DNA from: Patescibacteria group bacterium | Lineage (GTDB): Bacteria; Patescibacteriota; Microgenomatia; Levybacterales; UBA12049 | NCBI GenBank assembly: GCA_038063415.1 | Contig: JBBTVD010000006.1 | Span: 9,948 to 73,947 of the forward strand | DNA: 64,000 bases | Direction: 5' to 3' | Shown: positions 18,277 to 28,050 of the stretch, in pieces | Numbering within the stretch: the first letter of the stretch is position 1 | Layout of the letters: every line of letters starts with the position of its first letter | Program-made: the position numbers and the translations under genes | Notes under the pieces: model-generated | The model's database searches: none | The model's input: only the letters and a program-made list of their open reading frames with translations | What the model was told of the DNA's origin: nothing

Positions 18277-19953
18277 TTATAGTTCAATAGGTTTGCCATC
18301 TTTACCAACAATTGTTTCTCTAATTTTCTTATCTTTTCTTGGGTATTTCTTCAAAAACTCTTGATTCTCTGAAACCAGATAAATAGTGTAGTAAATCTGT
18401 CCTTTTTCATTCTTCAAGTCGCGACCTTTTAGCAACCCCTCTCTTTTTAATTTACCTCTTGTCGCAGGATGTACCCCAAAGTCTGATTCTATCTGCCAAT
18501 CTTGGAAGTAAATATTATCCTTGTCATATCTATGCTTTAGTGGAGGAATCACTCCTGATTTGATATTATTCCAGCAATTTCTGCACCACAAGCCATTTAG
18601 CGTCCACCAAATGTCTTTTCCATATGCTCCTTCACCACAAATTCCGCAAGAATACGGCCCTTTACCATCATCAAGGAAGAATCCTTCTGGCTCTTTCTCC
18701 AGCCTTCTTTTTCGTGTTGCTTCAATACCATCAAACTCTCCAGACATTTTTGCGAGCTGTACGAGATTATGGTTCGCATACTTAGCTCGCTTTTCTGGAT
18801 CTATTTTTGATTTAGAAGCTTTAACCTCTTTTTTAGCTCCTACCAACTCATGCAGATCTTCTTCTTGTTCGTACGCTTTCAGAGTGCCGGAGAGATATCC
18901 AATGCGGTAGCGTATCCCATCACTCATTAGTCTCCAATTGGTGTCTTCTAATGTGTCTTTCAGGAGCTTCTTGAGAGTTGCTTCACTTATATTAGGATTT
19001 CGTGTTGAATTAGCATCTAGAACATTAAAGGGAATCGTAACAAACCTTCCCATATCTGGTTTATCCAGCGTGAACTTAACATATTTTTCCTTCTCTAGTT
19101 TTTCAGTAAGCAGTTTCTCGACTTCAAGAACAGTTAACCTTTTTAGATTGACTGCCGTTTGGTAGGCTTTGTCATCGTATTTCTGTTTTTCTTCTTCATA
19201 TACCTCATGACCTACTTCCATGGCTTCAAGTGTTTCAACGTGTTCTATTCCATCCTTTTCATTTAAACAAAACTCTTCTCGATACTTCTCAAGAAGCTTT
19301 TTGCCTTCTTCGTCCTTACTCTTTTGCTCTTCCTTCCATTTTTTGTGTTCCTCATCATGTTTACCAAGATCCTCAATTTCAATTTTTGTATAACCACAGG
19401 CTTTGCATTTGTGTTTCCAAGTAATGATTTTGCCTTTTCGAGTAGCTATTATATCTATTTCTTCTTTGCACTTTGGACAAAGATCAGGTTTTGAAACGCG
19501 AATCTCACCATCGTCATATACCCACTGTTGTTTCTCGCAGTTACTGCATTTAAAAAGAAACATCATCCTTATGATTGGGCTGTCGTAAGTAGAGTCGAGA
19601 TGTTTTGTGATATTGAAATGCATCGGAGCATTACAGAGAGGACAGACAATACCTTCGGGAGTTGGAGTGTAATCTTGCTTATCTTGTTTTAACTTATCTT
19701 CTTCCATCCACTTCTGGATAGTTTCTTGCTTCTTCTCATACCTTTTGCCTTTTACAACAAGAAGCATTCGACTGAGCATGAGATTTACATCGTGTAACTT
19801 ATCTTCTTGGGAAATATCTTTTATTTCTTGGCTAGTTAGGCTTTTTTGATAAATATCCTGGAACATTTTTACCGTATCGAGGCATTCTTCAACGGTATGA
19901 AGATCGTAGCGATCTATATAGTGTTGCTCATCTTCCAGGTATTTCATTGGCAA
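18277..19953 (-). CDS. Multi-zinc-finger hypothetical protein
   Basis: 558 aa; CPLC, CSNC, CPKC, CKAC, CGIC, CRNC pairs and a charged helical region. Confidence 0.7.
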   Translation of the reverse strand: MPMKYLEDEQHYIDRYDLHTVEECLDTVKMFQDIYQKSLTSQEIKDISQEDKLHDVNLMLSRMLLVVKGKRYEKKQETIQKWMEEDKLKQDKQDYTPTPEGIVCPLCNAPMHFNITKHLDSTYDSPIIRMMFLFKCSNCEKQQWVYDDGEIRVSKPDLCPKCKEEIDIIATRKGKIITWKHKCKACGYTKIEIEDLGKHDEEHKKWKEEQKSKDEEGKKLLEKYREEFCLNEKDGIEHVETLEAMEVGHEVYEEEKQKYDDKAYQTAVNLKRLTVLEVEKLLTEKLEKEKYVKFTLDKPDMGRFVTIPFNVLDANSTRNPNISEATLKKLLKDTLEDTNWRLMSDGIRYRIGYLSGTLKAYEQEEDLHELVGAKKEVKASKSKIDPEKRAKYANHNLVQLAKMSGEFDGIEATRKRRLEKEPEGFFLDDGKGPYSCGICGEGAYGKDIWWTLNGLWCRNCWNNIKSGVIPPLKHRYDKDNIYFQDWQIESDFGVHPATRGKLKREGLLKGRDLKNEKGQIYYTIYLVSENQEFLKKYPRKDKKIRETIVGKDGKPIEL

Positions 19954-20195
19954 TAAAATCTCCAGAACTTATACACATAATCTAACACAAACGACCCTAT
20001 TTTTTAATGGTATTTCAACACGAATACCTGTTTTTTTAAAACCTTGTCAAGGGGTATTTTCATCAAACAATTCGAAAAAGTGAAATTCAGATTAGCCCAA
20101 TAAATCAAGCTATTCTCTATGTAACCCAGGTTGTCACCTAGCCCCCTCCTTGTCACGGGGGGTCAGCGAAATCGATGGTACATTTAGCTTAATCT

Positions 20196-21536
20196 ATGAA
20201 AAATATATCAATCCAAACAGTCGAAGTACCAATCAATGATTTAATCCCAGCTGATTACAATCCGCGCAAGCATGATGATATAGCAACAGAGCAACTCAAA
20301 CAAAGTATTACACGTTTCGGCCTTGTCGATCCAGTTATTGTCAACTCATCTCCAGATCGTAAGAACATTATTATTGGTGGGCACTTTAGATGGGAAGTAG
20401 CTAAAACACTTGAATATGAGACAGTCCCTGTAGTCTATGTCGATATTCCTGATCTTGAAAAAGAAAAGGAATTAAACCTTCGCCTCAATAAAAATACTGG
20501 TGAGTTTGATTGGGATCTACTCGCTAAATTTGATGAGTCATTTCTGACAGATGTTGGTTTCTCCAGTGGAGAACTTGATGGAATTTTTGATGTCGATGTA
20601 CCAGAAGAGTTTGACCTCGAAAAAGAACTTAAGAAATTAAATATCCAAAATATTAATACCCAAAAAGGTGATATATACGATTTGGACGGTAGCCGTCTTA
20701 TGTGTGGCGACTCAACAATAGAAGAAGACTTTCTAAAACTAATGAGTGGTGAGAAAGCGGACATGTGTATGACCGACCCACCATATATTTTGGACTACCT
20801 TCATGGCAAGAAAAAGCATGGCAAACCAATAACGGGCTTCGGTGCTAAAAGAGATAGAAGATATTTGGAAACAGACTCTCTCCCTCCTGATTTCACTGAA
20901 AAGTGGATGGGCAATATAAACAAGATTCAAAAAGAACATTTCAGCATTATTGTCTACGAAAACTGGAAAAACTTAAGGACTATCTGGGGTGAGATGGAAA
21001 AGTATTGGAAAGTGAAAAACATGATTGTCTGGCATCTGCCAAATAGACATCAGGGATTTTCAGCTAAATATAAATTCTTTTCCAAACATGATATCGCCAT
21101 GGTTGGTGCTTCTCCTGACAAAGATATTCCATTTAATCTCGAGGAGGAAATTGATGGACTCCAAGAAGAATATGAAACGGCTCTCTACGCCATCGCTGGA
21201 AAACCTCACTGGGAAGGCTACCAAAAAGGTAGGAAGAACCAACCAACTGATTTCATCGAATATGTGGCTTCAGACGAAAAACATTCCGGGCAAGGTGTGA
21301 TCTTTGGGACTAAACCAGTCGAGATTCTCATTCCCTATATAAAGATGCTCACAAAACGTGGAGATTTGGTTGTTGAGCCATTCTCGGGCAGTGGTAGCAC
21401 TCTCATTGCCTCGACCAAGATGAAGCGTCGTTGTTTCGGCATGGAAAAGTCTCCAGTATATGCGGAGGTCATCATCAAACGTTGGGAAAAGTTAACAGGC
21501 AAGAAACCCAAAAAAATATATGGACAAAACAATTGA
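20196..21536 (+). CDS. ParB/Srx N-terminal domain fused to an N4/N6 DNA methyltransferase (phage-type)
   Basis: LIPADYNPRK...IIGGHFR (ParB-like); TDPPY catalytic motif; EPFSGSGST SAM-binding motif. Confidence 0.92.
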   Translation: MKNISIQTVEVPINDLIPADYNPRKHDDIATEQLKQSITRFGLVDPVIVNSSPDRKNIIIGGHFRWEVAKTLEYETVPVVYVDIPDLEKEKELNLRLNKNTGEFDWDLLAKFDESFLTDVGFSSGELDGIFDVDVPEEFDLEKELKKLNIQNINTQKGDIYDLDGSRLMCGDSTIEEDFLKLMSGEKADMCMTDPPYILDYLHGKKKHGKPITGFGAKRDRRYLETDSLPPDFTEKWMGNINKIQKEHFSIIVYENWKNLRTIWGEMEKYWKVKNMIVWHLPNRHQGFSAKYKFFSKHDIAMVGASPDKDIPFNLEEEIDGLQEEYETALYAIAGKPHWEGYQKGRKNQPTDFIEYVASDEKHSGQGVIFGTKPVEILIPYIKMLTKRGDLVVEPFSGSGSTLIASTKMKRRCFGMEKSPVYAEVIIKRWEKLTGKKPKKIYGQNN

Positions 21537-21939
21537 AAAAAGACAGTCAAAAAATAAAGAACAATTGTTGGAGATATTAAAGAAGACTCCGATTGTTCAA
21601 ATCGCTTGCGAAAAAGCTGGAATTGGTCGAGCAACTTATTATCGTTGGAGAAAAGAAGATGCTGGATTTGCTCAGGTGAGCGATCAAGCACTTCTGGATG
21701 GAAACTTGCTTGTAAATGATATGGCAGAGAGCCAAATGATGAGTGCCATTAAAGACAAAAACATGACTGCTATCATATTTTGGCTTAAGCACCATCATCC
21801 TGCCTATGCAACCAAGATAGAAATCATGGCTTCAAATAAAAACCAAGACATAGTTCTTACCGACGAACAAAAAGAACTCTTAAACAAGGCATTAGAAATG
21901 GCGGCACTTATTCCGCCTCAAGAAAAAGATCATGAATGA
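21520..21939 (+). CDS. Terminase small subunit-like HTH protein
   Basis: IACEKAGIGRATYYRWRKED...AIIFWLK; overlaps both the MTase and TerL genes. Confidence 0.75.
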   Translation: MDKTIEKRQSKNKEQLLEILKKTPIVQIACEKAGIGRATYYRWRKEDAGFAQVSDQALLDGNLLVNDMAESQMMSAIKDKNMTAIIFWLKHHHPAYATKIEIMASNKNQDIVLTDEQKELLNKALEMAALIPPQEKDHE

Positions 21940-23479
21940 ACAACAAAAGATAATTAAACAGATCCAAGAAAGTCCTGATTTTCGAAAAGCATTAACGCAG
22001 GAGAATTTTTATTGGTTCTTCACTACCTACTTTCCTCACTACATCACCTGTCCAACTGCTGATTTCCAAAAGGAAATCTTTAATCTTATCCAAAATGAGG
22101 AATTAGAAAAGATTTCTATTACCGCCTTTCGTGGCTCGGCTAAATCAACAATAGCAACCTTGGCACTACCTATCTGGGCAATGGTTGGTAAGCCAAGCAA
22201 GAAATATACCCTGCTTGTGAGTTTAACTCAGGGATTGGCAAAACAAATCCTTACCAATATAAAACAGGAACTTTCATCAAATGAACTGTTGATACGGGAT
22301 TTTGGACCATTCTCAGAAGTAGCCGATGAATGGCGATCCAATTCACTAGTGATCCCGCATTACAATGCTAGAGTTTCAGCTATATCTCAAAGCGAAAGAA
22401 TCAGAGGACTCAGGCATCGACAATACCGACCCGACCTTATTATCATCGATGATGTTGAGGACTTAGAATCAGTTAAGACGAGAGAAAGCAGAGATAATCT
22501 ATGGAACTGGTTTTCTGGTGAGATAAAGCCAATTGGAGATAGTGGCACTAGAATAATTACTGTAGGCAACCTGTTACATGAGGATTCGCTGATGATGCGA
22601 ATTAAGCAAAATATCCAAACAGGGGGAACGGGTGGTATTTATAAGGAATTTCCATTGTTAGACGATAACGGAAATATTGCTTGGCCTGGAAAGTTTCCAA
22701 CCATGGAACACATTGAAGCCAAAAGAAAAGAGATCGCTGATGAGTCAGCATGGTACCGAGAGTTCTTGTTAAAAATTATTGCTGACGAAGACCGAATTGT
22801 AAAAGGTTCTTGGATAAAATCCTACGACATTCTTCCTAGCTCTGATCGCTACCCAGCCAGACTTGTAGCAATTGGTGTTGACTTAGCTATTTCACTTTTG
22901 GAATGGGCGAACTTCACGGCCTTAGTTCCAGCGTATGTCGTGGGTTACGGTGACAATCTTCAAGTTTACATTTTGCCTTATATCTTAAACAAAAAATTAG
23001 ATTTCCCACAAACAATTCAGGCAATAAAAACACTGACCGAGCAACTTAAAGTAGGTTATAGACCATATCCTGTAGCTTACATAGAAAGTGTTGGCTATCA
23101 AAGTGCCGCAGCGCAACAACTGACAGTAGAACACGTACTTGCTGAGGAAGTGAGAATTCCACATATGGATAAGAGATCAAGACTATCCATAGTGTCTCCC
23201 CTTATTCAACAAGGGAAAGTATTTTTTCCAAGAACAGGTGCAGAAGTATTAATAGGTCAACTTGTAAATTTCGGTGTGGAGAAATACGATGATTTAGCGG
23301 ATGCTTTTACCTTGCTAATGGCAAAAGTCATAGAGTCAGACCGACCATCAAGCAGACGTAAACCGGGCGAAGTGTCTGCAACAGAACCTGATCCTCATCC
23401 TGGATTAACGTGGTCTTTGCAACACATGAATGATTTAGGATTTGATTTTGAACCAATTACACTTGATACGAAATTCTAA
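21932..23479 (+). CDS. Terminase large subunit
   Basis: AFRGSAKST Walker A; LIIIDDVED Walker B; RNase H-like nuclease IGVDLAIS...YIES...YDDLADA. Confidence 0.88.
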   Translation: MNEQQKIIKQIQESPDFRKALTQENFYWFFTTYFPHYITCPTADFQKEIFNLIQNEELEKISITAFRGSAKSTIATLALPIWAMVGKPSKKYTLLVSLTQGLAKQILTNIKQELSSNELLIRDFGPFSEVADEWRSNSLVIPHYNARVSAISQSERIRGLRHRQYRPDLIIIDDVEDLESVKTRESRDNLWNWFSGEIKPIGDSGTRIITVGNLLHEDSLMMRIKQNIQTGGTGGIYKEFPLLDDNGNIAWPGKFPTMEHIEAKRKEIADESAWYREFLLKIIADEDRIVKGSWIKSYDILPSSDRYPARLVAIGVDLAISLLEWANFTALVPAYVVGYGDNLQVYILPYILNKKLDFPQTIQAIKTLTEQLKVGYRPYPVAYIESVGYQSAAAQQLTVEHVLAEEVRIPHMDKRSRLSIVSPLIQQGKVFFPRTGAEVLIGQLVNFGVEKYDDLADAFTLLMAKVIESDRPSSRRKPGEVSATEPDPHPGLTWSLQHMNDLGFDFEPITLDTKF

Positions 23480-23480
23480 A

Positions 23481-23879
23481 CTAAATTCCAAGAATCTGTT
23501 TCTTTTTCTGATCAAATTCTTCTTGAGACAAGATACCTTTTTCTTTTAACTCATTTAGTTTAACGAGCTCATCAGCATCGCTTGTCTGATGATTGTTTCC
23601 TGAGAAATGAGCTTGTGCGTCATATATAGCTTTTTGAACCTCTTTCTTTTTGGAAGTTGGTACGGCGTATTTCTTTCCTCCTGTTGTTTCTAAAGTTATT
23701 TTCCATATACCCATCATAGGTAGTTGAACGCTTGCTATCTGATTTATCGGAATACTTTGAGAACCAACTCCTGCCTTGAATTCAACTCTGTTGGGGAAAA
23801 TCTTAATCCAAAAGCCAGCATAGCTTGTTTCGTATAAAGGTTTTTCTCCGGTTTGTTGTTTATTTCCAAATAGTCCCAT
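23481..23879 (-). CDS. Bacterial PH-like domain plus SHOCT domain protein
   Basis: C-terminal ADELVKLNELKEKGILSQEEFDQKKKQIL (SHOCT); GGAGGTGA SD before ATG 23879. Confidence 0.8.
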   Translation of the reverse strand: MGLFGNKQQTGEKPLYETSYAGFWIKIFPNRVEFKAGVGSQSIPINQIASVQLPMMGIWKITLETTGGKKYAVPTSKKKEVQKAIYDAQAHFSGNNHQTSDADELVKLNELKEKGILSQEEFDQKKKQILGI

Positions 23880-24004
23880 TTTGTTCACCTCCAATCATAA
23901 GTTAATTGCTTAGTCCACCTTAGCATAAAATACCCCTGTATTCAAGGCTAAACTCTTAGTGTGGCTAAGTGGAGTAATGGTCAAGCGTTTTAGACAATAT
24001 ATAC

Positions 24005-24217
24005 ATGAGGAAAAACGCAACGCTTCCAAAAGCCATAGGGAAGAAAATCCAGAAGCGAAGAAAACAAATAGGGATTACTCAGGAGGAAGCCGCCGAAAGA
24101 GCAGGTATCAGCCGAGCCTATATGGGGTATATTGAACAAGGTAGACACGCTCCTTCTCTCGAAGTACTCCAAAAAGTAGCAAAAGCCCTCAAATCTTCCA
24201 TGAGTGACTTCGTTTAA
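24005..24217 (+). CDS. XRE-family HTH regulator, paralog of 6402-6605
   Basis: IQKRRKQIGITQEEAAERAGISRAYMGYIEQGR. Confidence 0.9.
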   Translation: MRKNATLPKAIGKKIQKRRKQIGITQEEAAERAGISRAYMGYIEQGRHAPSLEVLQKVAKALKSSMSDFV

Positions 24218-24337
24218 GGAATTTCTCCTGTACTACCTAAATTTCGACCTTTTTGAGGTCTTTTTTCGTATAAAAATGGTTGAAAAAGCCTAGCTAACTC
24301 TATATAATATTGTTATCAATTGGTAAGTAATGTTCAT

Positions 24338-24508
24338 ATGGAAAAACTACTAACAATCAAAGAGGCAGCTGAGATACTCAATGTCCACGCCAACACCCTA
24401 CGTTTGTGGGATAAAAAAGGCATTCTGGTAGCTGTGAGGATAGGAGAAAAGCGTACTAGACGTTATCGACAGTCAGATTTAGAAAAGTTTATTAGTCACA
24501 AGAAGTAA
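24338..24508 (+). CDS. Excisionase/MerR-type HTH protein, paralog of 6106-6273
   Basis: LLTIKEAAEILNVHANTLRLWDKKGIL. Confidence 0.85.
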   Translation: MEKLLTIKEAAEILNVHANTLRLWDKKGILVAVRIGEKRTRRYRQSDLEKFISHKK

Positions 24509-24517
24509 TAATTAACT

Positions 24518-26032
24518 ATGGCAAAAAATAATAAAACAGAATCATTCGAAAAAACACTCTTTAAAGCTGCTGACAAGCTCAGAAAGAATATGGACGCGGC
24601 TGAATATAAGCATATTGTGCTTGGTTTGATTTTTCTAAAGTTTATCTCTGACTCTTTCGAAGAAATGTATATAAAATTGTCGGAAGGTAAAGGTGACTAT
24701 TCTGGAGCAGATCCCGAAGATGCTGATGAATATCGTGCAGAGAACGTCTTTTTTGTGCCTCAATTAGCTAGGTGGTCATATCTCTACTCTCGGGCAAAGC
24801 AACCTACAATTGGAACTGATATTGACTCAGCGATGGAGGCAATTGAAAAAGAAAATCCCACACTAAAAGGAATTCTTCCAAAAGTTTATGCTCGTCCCAA
24901 TCTTGATAAGACTGCTTTAGGTGGACTTTTGGACTTAATAGGAAATATTGCTCTTGGCGATACGGCTTCGAAGACTAAAGATTTACTCGGAAAAGTCTAT
25001 GAGTACTTCTTGGGTGAATTCGCACTTGCTGAAGGCAAAAAAGGCGGGCAGTTTTATACTCCACGTAGTGTTGTTCAAATCCTAGTAGAAATGCTTGAGC
25101 CATATAAAGGTCGTGTTTTTGATCCATGCTGTGGTAGCGGTGGAATGTTTGTTATGAGTGAAAAATTCGTTCAGTCGCATCAAGGAAAAATTGATGATAT
25201 TTCAATTTATGGTCAAGAAAGCAACCAAACAACTTATCGACTATGTCGAATGAATCTTGCCATTCGTGGCATTGATGGCTCTCAGGTTAAATGGAACAAT
25301 GAGGGATCATTCCTTAATAATGCACACAAAGATCTTAAGGCAGATTTTGTCATTGCTAATCCACCTTTTAATGACAGTGATTGGAGCGGTGAGCTACTTC
25401 AAAATGATGCTAGATGGAAGCATGGCACCCCCCCAGCTGGAAATGCTAACTATGCTTGGATTCAACACTTCTTATATCATCTTAGTCCTACTGGTAAAGC
25501 AGGTTTCGTTTTATCTAAAGGCTCCTTAACTACTAAAACTAGTAACGAAGGTGAAATAAGAAAAAATCTTATTGAATCAGATTTAGTTGACTGCATTGTC
25601 AATCTCCCAGCCAAGCTATTTCTTAACACACAAATTCCAGCTTGTTTGTGGTTTATGAATCGCAATAAAACTCAGAAAAAAGGAGAGATACTTTTTATTG
25701 ATGCTCGTAACCTTGGGCATTTAATTAATAGAAGAACACTGGAGCTATCAAATGAAAATATCCAGCAAATTTCCCAGACATATCATGATTGGAAAAATGG
25801 TAATGACTACGCAGATAAAGCAGGGTTTTGTAAATCTTCAACGATAGAGGATGTCAAAAAATTAGATTATGTTTTAACACCAGGTCGATATGTAGGGCTA
25901 CCTGATGAAGATGAAGAAATCAACTTCGAAGAGAAATTAGGTCAACTACGATCAGCTTTAAATGATCAAATTAACGAAGAGAATATCCTGAATAAAGAAA
26001 TTCTAGATAAACTTACAAAAATTAAGATATGA
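24518..26032 (+). CDS. hsdM: Type I RM methyltransferase subunit
   Basis: [18 protein letters not shown]. Confidence 0.97.
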   Translation: MAKNNKTESFEKTLFKAADKLRKNMDAAEYKHIVLGLIFLKFISDSFEEMYIKLSEGKGDYSGADPEDADEYRAENVFFVPQLARWSYLYSRAKQPTIGTDIDSAMEAIEKENPTLKGILPKVYARPNLDKTALGGLLDLIGNIALGDTASKTKDLLGKVYEYFLGEFALAEGKKGGQFYTPRSVVQILVEMLEPYKGRVFDPCCGSGGMFVMSEKFVQSHQGKIDDISIYGQESNQTTYRLCRMNLAIRGIDGSQVKWNNEGSFLNNAHKDLKADFVIANPPFNDSDWSGELLQNDARWKHGTPPAGNANYAWIQHFLYHLSPTGKAGFVLSKGSLTTKTSNEGEIRKNLIESDLVDCIVNLPAKLFLNTQIPACLWFMNRNKTQKKGEILFIDARNLGHLINRRTLELSNENIQQISQTYHDWKNGNDYADKAGFCKSSTIEDVKKLDYVLTPGRYVGLPDEDEEINFEEKLGQLRSALNDQINEENILNKEILDKLTKIKI

Positions 26033-27198
26033 ATAGCAATTCTAATAATATTTGGAGAGAATATCGGCTTGAAGAAGTTGTAGAAACTTTTATTGATTAT
26101 CGTGGAAAAACTCCAACTAAAACCGCATTTGGAGTGCCTCTTGTTACTGCAAAAATAATAAAGAATGGACGCTTACTCCAACCAAATGAATTTATAGATG
26201 AGAATTATTACAAAACTTGGATGACACGCGGCTTCCCAGAAAAAAATGACGTCTTATTAACTACAGAGGCTCCGCTTGGTGAAGTAGCATTGTTAAACAA
26301 TCCTAAGGTTGCATTGGGACAGAGGGTAATTACGATTCGTGGAAAAAAAGGATTTTGTGACAGCATATTTTTAAAATACTATTTCCAAAGTCCATTAGGA
26401 CAAAACTCTCTTTTATCTAGAGCGCAAGGTAGTACCGTTGAAGGAATTAAAGCGGCTGAACTTAAAAAGATGAAGATTCTGATGCCAAATTATGAAACCC
26501 AAATTGAATTATCCAGAGTATTATTTGTGCTTGACCAAAAAATTGACGTTCTTCTTGAGCAAAACAAAACTCTTGAGGATCTAGCGGAAACATATTTTCT
26601 TAAATTATTTGAAGCAGTCTCAGGCGAGAATTCTGGAACACTTGGTGACTACATTGATTTAGATCCTAAAGAAAAAATTAATCGCAACGAAGAATATCGT
26701 TTTTTTGATATGAAGACACTTTCCGAAAACTCTATGTCCATTGCAAACGGGCTGTATCGTATCGTAAATTCGGCATCTTCATTTAGAAATCTTGATACTT
26801 TATTAGCCAAAATTACGCCATGTTTAGAAAATGGAAAAACTGGTTTTGTCATGAATTTGGAAGATAATGAAGTTGCAAGAGGCTCAACAGAGTTTATTGT
26901 AATGAGGTCAAAAGGTTTAGTTAGTCCATATTGGATTTATTGTCTTGCCAGAAGCAAGAATTTTAGAGATGAAGCAATACAATCAATGACGGGTACGTCA
27001 GGTAGGCAGAGGGTTCAAACCTCACAGCTAAAAAATATTAAGGTTAGTTTTAATAAGAGAGACATGGAATCATTCAATGAGATGTGTAAAGGATTTTTTA
27101 ATAAGGTTAAAGAAAATTCTTCTCAAGTGCGCACATTGATAACTCTTAGAAACTTATTATTACCTAAACTAATGAGTACAGAGATTAGATTAAATTAA
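26029..27198 (+). CDS. hsdS: Type I RM specificity subunit
   Basis: Two TRDs with conserved helices (P..ETQ...LDQKI; [11 protein letters not shown]); ATGA overlap with hsdM. Confidence 0.93.
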   Translation: MNSNSNNIWREYRLEEVVETFIDYRGKTPTKTAFGVPLVTAKIIKNGRLLQPNEFIDENYYKTWMTRGFPEKNDVLLTTEAPLGEVALLNNPKVALGQRVITIRGKKGFCDSIFLKYYFQSPLGQNSLLSRAQGSTVEGIKAAELKKMKILMPNYETQIELSRVLFVLDQKIDVLLEQNKTLEDLAETYFLKLFEAVSGENSGTLGDYIDLDPKEKINRNEEYRFFDMKTLSENSMSIANGLYRIVNSASSFRNLDTLLAKITPCLENGKTGFVMNLEDNEVARGSTEFIVMRSKGLVSPYWIYCLARSKNFRDEAIQSMTGTSGRQRVQTSQLKNIKVSFNKRDMESFNEMCKGFFNKVKENSSQVRTLITLRNLLLPKLMSTEIRLN

Positions 27199-27204
27199 AT
27201 TAAT

Positions 27205-28050
27205 ATGGCAAATTTAAGTAGCGTTGATAAGGTTAAAATTGAAAGACTTTTCGGAATGGGAAGTGGTTATGTGTTGGATTTTTCTAACCGCTCACTTCAG
27301 GACTTTATTTTAACCTGCTGCAAAAAAGATATTTTTAATGATAGATATAATCAAGGGTCTGGGTCAAAAGCCAATCGGTTAAGAGCTTTTTGGGATGCCG
27401 AATTAGATAGTGTTGTTGGGAAAGTCTTAACTGAAATGTTGGAGTATTGGAGAACACAAAAAGCATATTCTGATACTGGTATTCCTAAGGGGGAAGAGAC
27501 ACTATACAAAGATTGTTTAGTTATCGCACAAAGATTATCTGGTAAGACTACTAAAACAGAAGTCACTGAGGAAGAATTTCTACAAAAAGAATATAAAATT
27601 ATTTCTGTATCTGCATTAAATATAGATGGAAATGTCGGCGATGTAGTTAAACAAAGAATCAAAGAAATTGATATATGTATGAAGGCAAAAGCACCCCTTG
27701 CCTCAATTTTTCTGGCGGGAAGCACCCTAGAAGGAATACTTTTAAGCACCGCTATTAGCAATCCAAAAGTTTTTAACCAGTCCACATCTGCACCTAAAGA
27801 TAAAGAAGGAAAGGTTTTAAAGTTGAATGAATGGAAATTAAGTCAGTTAATTGATGTCGCCTGCGAAATTGGCTATTTGGATTTAGATATTAAAAAATTT
27901 AGCCACTCACTGAGAGATTTTCGTAACTATATTCATCCTTATGAACAAGCTTTAGCTGGATTTAACCCAGATGATGATACTGCTCAGATATGCTGGCAGG
28001 TATTAAAGGCTGCCATATCAGATTTAGGCAAAAAACAAACAACACTATGA
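27205..28050 (+). CDS. AbiJ-like N-terminal domain plus HEPN-type C-terminal domain
   Basis: [13 protein letters not shown]...[10 protein letters not shown]; GSTLEGIL...[10 protein letters not shown] (RxxxH); located between hsdS and hsdR. Confidence 0.7.
   Translation: MANLSSVDKVKIERLFGMGSGYVLDFSNRSLQDFILTCCKKDIFNDRYNQGSGSKANRLRAFWDAELDSVVGKVLTEMLEYWRTQKAYSDTGIPKGEETLYKDCLVIAQRLSGKTTKTEVTEEEFLQKEYKIISVSALNIDGNVGDVVKQRIKEIDICMKAKAPLASIFLAGSTLEGILLSTAISNPKVFNQSTSAPKDKEGKVLKLNEWKLSQLIDVACEIGYLDLDIKKFSHSLRDFRNYIHPYEQALAGFNPDDDTAQICWQVLKAAISDLGKKQTTL

Noticed and set aside
24246-24266. GACCT/AGGTC hairpin plus T6 after the XRE gene
   Set aside because: Plausible weak terminator, but a 5-6 bp stem is too little to list with confidence
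27990-28046. ORF-track N-terminal extensions of hsdR (also dgkA, aspS, the phosphatase and the 44131 ORF)
   Set aside because: They overlap neighbouring genes; downstream ATGs fit coupling, SD or -10 positions better
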